From Parcubacteria group bacterium (GTDB taxonomy: Bacteria; Patescibacteriota; Minisyncoccia; UBA6257), in the NCBI GenBank assembly GCA_012798235.1, contig JAAZNP010000004.1, positions 2,171-66,170 of the forward strand: DNA of 64,000 nt, in the 5' to 3' direction. Every line of letters begins with the position of its first letter. The first letter of the stretch is position 1. Below, in pieces: positions 38,739 to 46,936 of this stretch. The notes beneath the pieces are model-generated. The model did not search any database. It was not told the origin of the DNA and was given only the letters and a program-made list of their open reading frames with translations. The translations under genes and the position numbers were made by a program.

Positions 38739-38811
38739 TGCCTCCGGCGCGATTCGAACGCGCAACCAATGGCTTAAGAGGCCACTGCTCTGCCAGTTGA
38801 GCTACGGAGGC
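38739..38811 (-). tRNA. tRNA-Lys(CTT)
   Basis: Cloverleaf; loop CTCTTAA. Confidence 0.95.
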
Positions 38812-38830
38812 ATTAATTTTAATTTTTAAG

Positions 38831-38904
38831 TGCCCTCGGCAGGACTCGAACCTGCAACCTTGTGGTTCGAAGCCACACACTCTATCCAATTGAGCTACGA
38901 GGGC
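38831..38904 (-). tRNA. tRNA-Arg(TCG)
   Basis: Cloverleaf; loop CTTCGAA. Confidence 0.95.
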
Positions 38905-39017
38905 TTTAATATTATCTTTTATCTTACCGCAATTTTTTATGCTTGACAACAGATTATTCTCTTGACTGGATAATTGTAATTAAAGTATAATATAAATGTA
39001 CTTTAATTAATAAATTT

Positions 39018-41129
39018 ATGAATAAAAACTCACTTTTGCTTTTCCCTGCTTTAATGGTGGGTAGTGTCCTTTTACTTGTTACTGCTTTCTCTTTTTTAAC
39101 AGCAAACCCTTCAACATTAACAGCTTCGATAAATCCACCACCTTCTCCATCTTGTCCTTTTGAAGAAGGATTTACTCCAGCTAATGTTTCTTTAACTTCG
39201 CCCTTAAATTTAAGACAAGAAGCCCTTTTATTAAAGGCTTTTTTAGTTAGAGTAGAAAATTGTCCTGATAGTTATTCTTTAAATACTTGTTTAGGTCTTT
39301 TCCAGGAATATTGCGTGGAGCAAGGTAAATGTTCTAACCATTATTCTTTTGAGAAACCCGCTGTTATTACTTCTGAGATTAAAACATTACTATGCTCCGA
39401 ATGGACTAAACGCTACATTCTGCTTTACCAAAGTTCTAATTGGTCCTATTTACAAAATCTATTCGCCTCTAAAAATACCACAGTTTCTGATTGGTTAAAA
39501 ACTAATTACTCTCAATATGTAAGTTGGAAACAAAGCGTTACTTCTGGAGGTACAACTAGCACTGGAACTGGCACTGGAACTGGCACTGGAACTGGCACTG
39601 GAGGTGGTACTGGCACTGGAGGTGGTACTAGCACTGGAACTGGAGGCGGAGGTACCAGTGGAGGTAGCTCTGGTGGTACTATAACTACCTTTACTCCAGA
39701 GTCTTGTGCTGCTTATGGTCAAGCTATGGGAGTAGGAAATAGTTATTCTTGTCAGTTTGCAGAAAATTGTGGCAGCACTGAAGTTGCTGGCCCTTGCCCT
39801 ATTGGAGGAAAGATGTATTTTTGTTGTCTTACCCACCCTACTAAATGTTCGGATTTTGCCAAACAAGGTTATGCTTGTATTGCGCCTTATTCAGGAATTC
39901 GCGAAAATTGTCAACCTGGTACTCAATTACCAGGGGCGATGTGCAATGCAGAATATCAAGTGGTTTGCTGTAAACCTAAAACAGCAACTAAATGTGTGGC
40001 AGTTACTACTCTTAGTGGATACTGTGGAGGACAACCAAGATATAATAGGGATTGGAAATGTGAGCCAGCGGCACCAGGAGAAAATGATGATGGCTGTGAT
40101 GTAGATCTTATTAACCCTTGTCGAGTGAAATATGGTACTTATTCGGGAATTTGCGATCTCAATTATTGTGTACCTTCTTCTGAATGTAAGGGTTTAATTA
40201 ATAATTTATATGGTTGTCCTGATAGTACGAATGTCTGCTGTAATTATAAAACAGAAGAAATACCAGTAAATCAACTTAATATGTGCGATCATACTTGTGT
40301 TAAACCTTATCCCAATTCTCAATATCCAAATGATATTTGTGGTCCCAACTATTATCAAGTACTTGATAAGAAATGTAGTATAAGTGGTTATATTTGTTGC
40401 GCTCCTAAAAGTACAAATGCTGCTTGCGGTAATGGAATTTTAGAATCAGGCGAAGGATGTGATGATGGTAATACTATTAGTGGCGATGGATGCTCTGGTA
40501 CTTGCCAAATTGAAAATGTTACTCCTGTTTGTGGCAATGGAATTTTAGAGCAAGGCGAAGAATGTGATGATAATAATACTATTAGTGGTGATGGTTGTTC
40601 CTCTTCTTGCAAAAAAGAAAATAAGAGTTCTGCTATTTGCGGAAATGGAAAAGTAGAAGCAGGTGAAGATTGCGACGGTTCAGTTAATAAAACTTGTGCC
40701 GATTACGGATTCAATAGCGGTACGGTTAAGTGCACTAGTTGTAAATACGATATTTCAAATTGTCACAATACGCAGACTACCTGTTGGTATTTAGCATGTG
40801 CAAATGGTATCTGCGTAAGCAAAGAAACTACGGATTGCCCCCATGCTGATGAAGGTGGTTGTACCGGATTAGGTAGTTTATGTGGCCAAGATTATTGTAT
40901 TCAGCATGCTTCTCAAGGTTATGGTTGTAGTAATAATTGCCAACCAGATAGTGAAATCAATGCTATTGGGTGCGAACCACCGCTAAAGTGTTGTAAACCT
41001 GTGGCTTCATGTACCCCTAATTGCGACGATAAAGAATGCGGCGATGATGGTTGTGGTGGTTCTTGTGGTAGTTGTCCCCGCAGTACTCCTAATTGTATAA
41101 ACGGAAGATGCTCAGCGGCTTTTCAATAA
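39018..41129 (+). CDS. Secreted or anchored cysteine-rich protein with Myxococcus-type Cys-rich repeats (DUF4215-like)
   Basis: N-terminal hydrophobic segment; Thr-Gly linker; repeats such as CGNGILESGEGCDDGNTISGDGCSGTC; many CC modules. Confidence 0.75.
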   Translation: MNKNSLLLFPALMVGSVLLLVTAFSFLTANPSTLTASINPPPSPSCPFEEGFTPANVSLTSPLNLRQEALLLKAFLVRVENCPDSYSLNTCLGLFQEYCVEQGKCSNHYSFEKPAVITSEIKTLLCSEWTKRYILLYQSSNWSYLQNLFASKNTTVSDWLKTNYSQYVSWKQSVTSGGTTSTGTGTGTGTGTGTGGGTGTGGGTSTGTGGGGTSGGSSGGTITTFTPESCAAYGQAMGVGNSYSCQFAENCGSTEVAGPCPIGGKMYFCCLTHPTKCSDFAKQGYACIAPYSGIRENCQPGTQLPGAMCNAEYQVVCCKPKTATKCVAVTTLSGYCGGQPRYNRDWKCEPAAPGENDDGCDVDLINPCRVKYGTYSGICDLNYCVPSSECKGLINNLYGCPDSTNVCCNYKTEEIPVNQLNMCDHTCVKPYPNSQYPNDICGPNYYQVLDKKCSISGYICCAPKSTNAACGNGILESGEGCDDGNTISGDGCSGTCQIENVTPVCGNGILEQGEECDDNNTISGDGCSSSCKKENKSSAICGNGKVEAGEDCDGSVNKTCADYGFNSGTVKCTSCKYDISNCHNTQTTCWYLACANGICVSKETTDCPHADEGGCTGLGSLCGQDYCIQHASQGYGCSNNCQPDSEINAIGCEPPLKCCKPVASCTPNCDDKECGDDGCGGSCGSCPRSTPNCINGRCSAAFQ

Positions 41130-41150
41130 AATTTTAATTAAATAAATACT

Positions 41151-41549
41151 ATGAAAAAAATTATTATTTTTCTCATTCTCTTCGTAATTTTAATAATTGG
41201 AGGAAGTGCTATTTATTGGTACATTAATAATCAAGCTAAATCAACTAAAATAAGCGGAACTTGTGGCGTAGATAAGCCAATAACATATTGCAGTGGCGAG
41301 AAAGTTTGTTATGGTTATTGTAATGATTGTGAATGCCGCGGTATTCAATGTATTAATGATAGTAATTGTCAGAAATTATATAAAGAAACATTCTCAGAAG
41401 GGATAAGGAATAGTCTTAAAGAATGCGGTAATAAAGAAGTAGTAACCTATTGTAGTAATAACAAACTCTGCAGTGCAGTTTGTAATATTTGCGGTTGTCA
41501 ATCAGTGACTTGTTATTCTGATTCTAATTGTGCTAGTAAACCTTTCTAA
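41151..41549 (+). CDS. Small membrane-anchored cysteine-rich protein
   Basis: N-terminal TM helix; two internally repeated CG...TYCS....C...CN.C.C..C..DSNC modules. Confidence 0.7.
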   Translation: MKKIIIFLILFVILIIGGSAIYWYINNQAKSTKISGTCGVDKPITYCSGEKVCYGYCNDCECRGIQCINDSNCQKLYKETFSEGIRNSLKECGNKEVVTYCSNNKLCSAVCNICGCQSVTCYSDSNCASKPF

Positions 41550-41577
41550 ATTAATATTTTTGAATACAATATTTTAT

Positions 41578-41607
41578 TTTAAAACCGCTCTCATGGGCGG
41601 TTTTAAA
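41578..41607 (+). terminator. Probable intrinsic terminator
   Basis: TTTAAAACCGCTC-tcat-GGGCGGTTTTAAA. Confidence 0.65.
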
Positions 41608-41715
41608 GTTGCGTTTTAGTGATTTTTGGTATAAAATATTTAAGCTTTATATACAAAAGTATTTTGTAATTTTTATAATTTTATATTATAAGTTTTTGTT
41701 CCTAAGTTGTATTAA

Positions 41716-41797
41716 GGAGGGGTGGCAGAATGGCAATGCGCCAGTCTTGAAAACTGGTGCCCGTAAGGGCTTGCAGGTTCGAATCCTGTCCCCTCCG
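41716..41797 (+). tRNA. tRNA-Ser(TGA)
   Basis: Cloverleaf with long variable arm; loop CTTGAAA; G73. Confidence 0.95.
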
Positions 41798-41825
41798 CCT
41801 GTATTAGAATTTAGAATCTGGAATT

Positions 41826-43310
41826 ATGGAACAGGATATTCAACAAAAGAAAAATAATTTGATTTCTCGACCACCCATTGTGGTGGTTTTAGGTCATGTG
41901 GATCATGGAAAAACCAGCCTTTTGGATTATATTAGAAAAACCAAAGTGGCTGAAAAAGAAACTGGAGGAATCACTCAGCATATTGGCGCTTATGAAATAG
42001 AAGTCAAGGGTAAAAGAATCACTTTTCTTGATACACCTGGCCATGAGGCTTTTAGTAAGATTCGTTCTCGGGGAGCCAAAGTAGCTGATATTGCCTTATT
42101 AATTATTGCGGCTGATGAAGGTATCAAGCCTCAAACCAAAGAATCATTAGAATGTATTAAACAAGCCCAGATTCCTTTTATTGTTGTTTTAACAAAGATA
42201 GATAAAGAAGGAGCTAATCCTGATAAAGTAAAGAAAGATCTTACTGAATTAGGAGTGTATTTAGAAGGATGGGGTGGCGATATTTCTGTGGTTCAGGTTT
42301 CAGCAAGAACCGGCGAAGGAATTGACGATCTTTTAGATTTAATTTTATTAACTAGCGAAATAGAGGAATTAACTGGCAACCCTCAATTACCTGCCTCAGG
42401 AACGGTAATTGAATCGCATTTAGATAATCGCCGCGGCATCACTGCTACTTTAATTATTACTAACGGTACTTTAAAACTTCAAGATAAAATTATAGCTGGC
42501 CAAGCAAAAGGCAAGGTAAAAATTTTAGAAGATTTTCAAGGCCAACCCATAGAGCAAGCTACTTTTTCTTCTCCGGTAAGAGTTATTGGTTTTGAAGAGA
42601 TGCCACCAATTGGAGAAAAATTTATGGTTTATAGTGACGAAACAGAAATTGATAGCACAGAAAAGATTCAAACAATAATCAAAAAAGAATTAGGTGATTT
42701 AAATTCTTTAATTACTATTCCTACTATTATAAAAACCGATACTTTAAGTTCTTCAGAAGCCCTCGAGCCAATTCTTGATCAATTAGGCCAAGAACAATCC
42801 TGGAAATTTAGAATTTTAATTAATGATGTTGGTGATTTGTCAGAAAGTGATTTAAAAATTGTTCCCAAAGAACCTACTTTAATTATTACTTTTCGTGTGA
42901 AGCAAAAAGCAGAAATAGCTAACATCTTTCTCAGCAATCCCTATTTGAATTTAGTTAGTGGTGATATTATCTACGAACTCAAAGATAAAATCATTGCAAC
43001 GGTGAAAGATCAATTTATTAATAAGCCAACCGAAGAAATTATTGGAAGATTAGAAGTTTTAGCAATTTTCAATCCAATAAAAGGTAAACAATTAATCGGT
43101 GGTAGAGTGATTGAAGGGAGAGTGCAAAATAAGGTTCGATTGCGTATTTTTAGAAAAGACCAATTAATTGGAGAGGGGAAGATTATTAATCTTCAGAAAA
43201 ATCGTAGGGATGTTGATAGCGTGGAATTAAATGAAGAATGCGGCCTGCTGATTGATAGTAACATTAAAATTTCTCAGGGTGATTATCTTGAGTTTTTTCA
43301 AAAAATCTAA
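41826..43310 (+). CDS. infB: Translation initiation factor IF-2 (lacks the N-terminal domain)
   Basis: [33 protein letters not shown] and TKID motifs. Confidence 0.96.
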   Translation: MEQDIQQKKNNLISRPPIVVVLGHVDHGKTSLLDYIRKTKVAEKETGGITQHIGAYEIEVKGKRITFLDTPGHEAFSKIRSRGAKVADIALLIIAADEGIKPQTKESLECIKQAQIPFIVVLTKIDKEGANPDKVKKDLTELGVYLEGWGGDISVVQVSARTGEGIDDLLDLILLTSEIEELTGNPQLPASGTVIESHLDNRRGITATLIITNGTLKLQDKIIAGQAKGKVKILEDFQGQPIEQATFSSPVRVIGFEEMPPIGEKFMVYSDETEIDSTEKIQTIIKKELGDLNSLITIPTIIKTDTLSSSEALEPILDQLGQEQSWKFRILINDVGDLSESDLKIVPKEPTLIITFRVKQKAEIANIFLSNPYLNLVSGDIIYELKDKIIATVKDQFINKPTEEIIGRLEVLAIFNPIKGKQLIGGRVIEGRVQNKVRLRIFRKDQLIGEGKIINLQKNRRDVDSVELNEECGLLIDSNIKISQGDYLEFFQKI

Positions 43311-43331
43311 TACAATTAATTCAATAATTTA

Positions 43332-43404
43332 GGCTCGGTGGCGAAGTAGCTAACGCTGCGGTCTGCAAAACCGTTATTCGTGGGTGCAAATCCCACCCGG
43401 GCCT
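43332..43404 (+). tRNA. tRNA-Cys(GCA)
   Basis: Cloverleaf; loop CTGCAAA; U73; atypical T loop TGCAAAT. Confidence 0.92.
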
Positions 43405-43449
43405 CTTGAAAAATTCGAAAATTTTAGTAAGATATTTCTGTTATTGTTT

Positions 43450-43536
43450 GCCCAGGTGGCGGAATCGGTATACGCAAAGGACTTAAAATCCTTGGCTCTT
43501 CGGGGCTTGTGGGTTCGAGTCCCACCCTGGGCACCA
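43450..43536 (+). tRNA. tRNA-Leu(TAA)
   Basis: Cloverleaf with long variable arm; loop CTTAAAA; CCA encoded. Confidence 0.95.
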
Positions 43537-43563
43537 AAATTATTAATAAAATTTGATAAAATT

Positions 43564-44847
43564 ATGAAACCCATAGTTAATTTTATAAAACAACATAAAA
43601 CTTCTTTATTAATAAGCGTTTGTGTTTCTTTGCTAACCATTTTGTTTTGTGTATTAATAGCAGGAGGCATTTTCTTGTTTAATAAAAATTTAATTGTTAA
43701 AGTTGCTGACTTTGTAATTAATAATTCTTCCATTAAGTTTAATGCTTCTTCTCAAAAACCATCTTATGAAATTTTGCCTGAAGAAGCGCGAATTGTTAAT
43801 ATCGTAGAAAAAACAAACCCGGCAGTCGTGTCCATTATTATTAGTAAAAATGTCCCTATTATTGAAAAATATTATCAGCAATTTAATCCTTTTGGAGATG
43901 ATTTTTGGAGTCAATTTTTTGGAAATGAATTTAATTTTGAAATTCCGCAATATCGTCAAAAAGGCACAGAGAAAAAAGAAATTGGTGGCGGTTCTGGTTT
44001 TTTGATTTCTGCTGATGGTTTGATTATTACCAATAAGCATGTAGTTAACGACAAGGATGCTGAATATACAGTTTTAACTAATGATGGTAAAAAATATGAT
44101 GCTCAGATAATTGCTAAAGATTCCTTTCTCGATATCGCTATTTTAAAAATAAAGGGCAATAATTTTACTTATTTAGATTTGGGCGACTCTGATGAACTAA
44201 AATTAGGGCAAACAGTAATTGCGATTGGCAATGCCTTAGGTGAATTTAGAAATTCCGTGTCTGTAGGAGTTATTTCTGGTCTTTCTCGGACGATTACTGC
44301 TAGCGATTCTCAAGGTAAAGTGGAATCTCTAGAAAAAGTTATTCAAACTGATGCTGCTATTAATCCGGGTAATTCGGGCGGACCATTATTAGATTTAAAT
44401 GGGGATGTTGTTGGGGTGAATGTTGCTATGGAAACAGCAGCAGAGAATATTGCTTTTGCTTTACCTATCAATATGGTTAAACCAATTATTGAATCCGTAA
44501 AAACTTATGGCGAAATTATTAGGCCTTATTTAGGGATTCGTTATTTAGCTATTGATGAAAATGTTAAGACAAAAAATAATTTATCAGTGAATTATGGCGT
44601 TTTAGTAGTAAGGGGCAACTCTCCTGATGAATTGGCAGTTATTCCTGGCTCTCCTGCTGATAAAGCTGGAATTCAAGAAAATGATATTATTTTAGAGATT
44701 GATGGCATTAAATTAACGACTGATAAATCATTAGCCAGTATTATTAATCAAAAAAAGGTAGGGGAGATAGTTAAATTAAAAATTCTGCATAAGGGGCAAG
44801 AAAAAACAATAGAAGTAAAGCTAGAAAAAGCCCCGTCAAATCTATAA
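43564..44847 (+). CDS. Membrane-anchored HtrA/DegP family serine protease with PDZ domain
   Basis: TNKHV, DIA and INPGNSGGPL triad plus PDZ; true start 43564 because the ORF-track extension overlaps tRNAs. Confidence 0.92.
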   Translation: MKPIVNFIKQHKTSLLISVCVSLLTILFCVLIAGGIFLFNKNLIVKVADFVINNSSIKFNASSQKPSYEILPEEARIVNIVEKTNPAVVSIIISKNVPIIEKYYQQFNPFGDDFWSQFFGNEFNFEIPQYRQKGTEKKEIGGGSGFLISADGLIITNKHVVNDKDAEYTVLTNDGKKYDAQIIAKDSFLDIAILKIKGNNFTYLDLGDSDELKLGQTVIAIGNALGEFRNSVSVGVISGLSRTITASDSQGKVESLEKVIQTDAAINPGNSGGPLLDLNGDVVGVNVAMETAAENIAFALPINMVKPIIESVKTYGEIIRPYLGIRYLAIDENVKTKNNLSVNYGVLVVRGNSPDELAVIPGSPADKAGIQENDIILEIDGIKLTTDKSLASIINQKKVGEIVKLKILHKGQEKTIEVKLEKAPSNL

Positions 44848-44862
44848 TGATCTAATATAATA

Positions 44863-44888
44863 AAAAATCCCGCTTTAGCGGGATTTTT
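44863..44888. terminator. Bidirectional terminator
   Basis: AAAAATCCCGCT-tt-AGCGGGATTTTT between convergent genes. Confidence 0.8.
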
Positions 44889-44900
44889 AATTTGTTTAAT

Positions 44901-45437
44901 TTATTCTAAAATTTCCATTACTGTTTCTATTACTCCAAAACTTTGAGCTAATTCTCTCGTAGGCATCCAAATATCAACGTGGTCTGAGGAGAATCTTTGA
45001 TGCATTCTGTCTTCAACAATAAAAATTTTATCACCATATAGTTCTGGAAATCTAATTCTGGTGCCAAAAGCCAAAAAATTAGAAGCAACAATGCCGTCTT
45101 TGACTGTTTTTCCAGAAGCAGTAATAAAAGGCGTATCATCTGTTTGGTCAGGAGTCGAAGAATAGGCAGTAACAGTAACTTTTTTGGTCCAAACATTAGT
45201 TACTGGTGGATTATGCCCTACCAGAAAATCCTGGCTTAAAGAATAAGGAGAATTTTCTTCGGGATTAAAGGCAATATTGCTATTGCCATTAATTGTAGCG
45301 AGAGAACCTTCTACCAAGATACGAGAGAACTGGCTAAAAAAGGCACCTCCTATAATAATGGCTAAAAGGCTAATTTTGATGACGTAATTAAGCCAAAAAA
45401 TTGACAATGATGGTTTAATTCTTAGTATTTTATTCAT
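44901..45437 (-). CDS. 3D-domain (MltA-like) cell wall protein
   Basis: TAYSSTPDQTDDTPFITASG, VEDRM and VDIWM motifs; N-terminal TM helix. Confidence 0.85.
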   Translation of the reverse strand: MNKILRIKPSLSIFWLNYVIKISLLAIIIGGAFFSQFSRILVEGSLATINGNSNIAFNPEENSPYSLSQDFLVGHNPPVTNVWTKKVTVTAYSSTPDQTDDTPFITASGKTVKDGIVASNFLAFGTRIRFPELYGDKIFIVEDRMHQRFSSDHVDIWMPTRELAQSFGVIETVMEILE

Positions 45438-45463
45438 AATTTAAGATATTTGATCAGGCTAAC

Positions 45464-45523
45464 AAAAAACTCCCTATTTGGGAGTTGTACTGCCTATTTT
45501 AGCATATTCATATTTTTTGTCAA
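45464..45523 (-). promoter_or_regulatory. Promoter and terminator-like leader hairpin of the 3D-domain gene
   Basis: TTGACA-N16-TAAAAT (45496-45523), then AACTCCC-aaata-GGGAGTT followed by a T-run. Confidence 0.6.
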
Positions 45524-45756
45524 CCCCCACACCAAACAAGTTTAAAAATTATGACCTCAGGAAAGCATTACTTAGAATATTAAAGAATTAACTTATTTCT
45601 AGTAAGATTGAGCTTTTAAGGTTAAAATTCATAATTTTTCAAACAAGACGCCCAGAATTATCAAAAGGAATATTCTCTTCTCATTAAAGCTTTTGCTTTA
45701 TTAATTAATAAATCTTTTAGTTCCAGGGCGTCTTGAAACTTGTTCTGGCGTGGGGG
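45524..45756. mobile_element. Larger palindromic element of a related subfamily, containing a nested second inverted-repeat element (45644-45735)
   Basis: CCCCCACACCAAACAAGTTT/AAACTTGTTCTGGCGTGGGGG ends with TCAA on both flanks; inner CAAGACGCCC/GGGCGTCTTG flanked by AAA. Confidence 0.65.
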
Positions 45757-45840
45757 TCAAGGGAAAAATGGTTTTTAAGAAAGATAACGATTTTCTTAGT
45801 TGCAAATTTAGCTTTTTTTAGTTAAACTGTTTTAATCTCA

Positions 45841-45929
45841 GGAGGGTTGGCTGAGCGGTCCAAAGCAACGGTTTGCTAAACCGTGACCGCCTAAAAAGCG
45901 GTCCGTGGGTTCGAATCCCACACCCTCCG
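45841..45929 (+). tRNA. tRNA-Ser(GCT)
   Basis: Cloverleaf with long variable arm; loop TTGCTAA. Confidence 0.95.
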
Positions 45930-45930
45930 C

Positions 45931-46031
45931 TATCCTTCGCTGTTCCACAGCTACGGAATAGCAAGCTAGCCTTCGCTAGAGTTTTATTAAGTAAGGTATT
46001 CCGAAGCCGTAAGACGAAGGATGTCCTCCGC
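45931..46031. repeat. Multi-hairpin insert at the tRNA-Ser 3' end, bounded by a CCTCCGC direct repeat
   Basis: ATCCTTCG/CGAAGGAT, GCTACGGAATA/TATTCCGAAGC and CTAGC-cttc-GCTAG pairings; CCTCCGC at 45924-45930 and 46025-46031. Confidence 0.6.
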
Positions 46032-46035
46032 AATG

Positions 46036-46070
46036 ACCTCAGTTTAGGTGATTAAACAGACTGAGGTTTT
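46036..46070 (+). terminator. Probable terminator after tRNA-Ser
   Basis: ACCTCAGTTT...AGACTGAGGT followed by TTT. Confidence 0.55.
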
Positions 46071-46117
46071 CTATTGCGTCAAAGAATTAATTATGATAAA
46101 ATAAAGAAGATAAAATT

Positions 46118-46378
46118 ATGCTTAAATCATCGACCAAAGAAAAAATAATTAAAAAATTTGCGACCAAGAAATCGGACACTGGCTCGCCAGAAGTTCAGAT
46201 CGCTTTATTAACTAAAGAAATTGAAGAATTGGTAAAGCATTTAAAAAAACACCCTAAAGATTTTCATTCTCGTCGCGGTTTATTAGGTATGGTTTCTAAA
46301 AGAAGAAGGATATTGGCTTATCTAAAAGAAAAATCAATTCGCCGTTATAATAAAATTCAAAAAACTCTCAAATTGTAA
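46118..46378 (+). CDS. rpsO: 30S ribosomal protein S15
   Basis: [13 protein letters not shown] and [12 protein letters not shown] motifs. Confidence 0.97.
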   Translation: MLKSSTKEKIIKKFATKKSDTGSPEVQIALLTKEIEELVKHLKKHPKDFHSRRGLLGMVSKRRRILAYLKEKSIRRYNKIQKTLKL

Positions 46379-46381
46379 TTT

Positions 46382-46933
46382 ATGGTAATAAGACATAAAA
46401 ACCAACGCGTAATTGTTTTAATCGATGTTCAAAATCTATATCATTCGGCTAAAAATCTTTACGGCGCCCGGGTTAATTTCAAAAATTTACTTTTAGAAGC
46501 AGTTAGCGGAAGAAATTTAATTAGAGCAATTGGCTATGTGGCCAAAGCTGATGAGCCTGGTGAGGCTTCTTTTTTTGACGCTTTGGAAAAAGCTGGTATT
46601 GAGACGAGGATTAAGGATTTGCAGGTTTATCCTGATGGTACCAAAAAAGGAGATTGGGATGTTGGTTTAGCTATTGATGCCATAAGATTAAGTTCTAAAG
46701 TAGATGTGGTTGTTTTAATTAGTGGTGATGGCGATTTTATTCCTTTAGTTGAATATTTAAGAGCTCAAGGCAATCAAGTAGAAATTATTGGCTTCGGAAG
46801 AACTACTTCCACCTTTTTAAAAGAAATAGCTGATGACTTTATTGATTTAGATTCGAAGCCAGATTATTTTTTGTTAAAAGGTGGCAACCGTAATTTAGTA
46901 AGTAAATTGCCCAAAATTATTAAAATAAAGTAA
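46382..46933 (+). CDS. NYN domain (LabA/DUF88) putative RNase
   Basis: IDVQNL, KGDWDVGLAIDA and SGDGDF motifs. Confidence 0.9.
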   Translation: MVIRHKNQRVIVLIDVQNLYHSAKNLYGARVNFKNLLLEAVSGRNLIRAIGYVAKADEPGEASFFDALEKAGIETRIKDLQVYPDGTKKGDWDVGLAIDAIRLSSKVDVVVLISGDGDFIPLVEYLRAQGNQVEIIGFGRTTSTFLKEIADDFIDLDSKPDYFLLKGGNRNLVSKLPKIIKIK

Positions 46934-46936
46934 GTT

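Noticed and set aside
38695-38949. ORFs overlapping tRNA genes (also 20161, 24522, 41609, 43374, 45818, 45873, 52087)
   Set aside because: They span clear tRNA cloverleafs. The ORF-track 5' extensions of htrA and rluA into tRNAs, and of tsaD into the palindromic element, were trimmed for the same reason.
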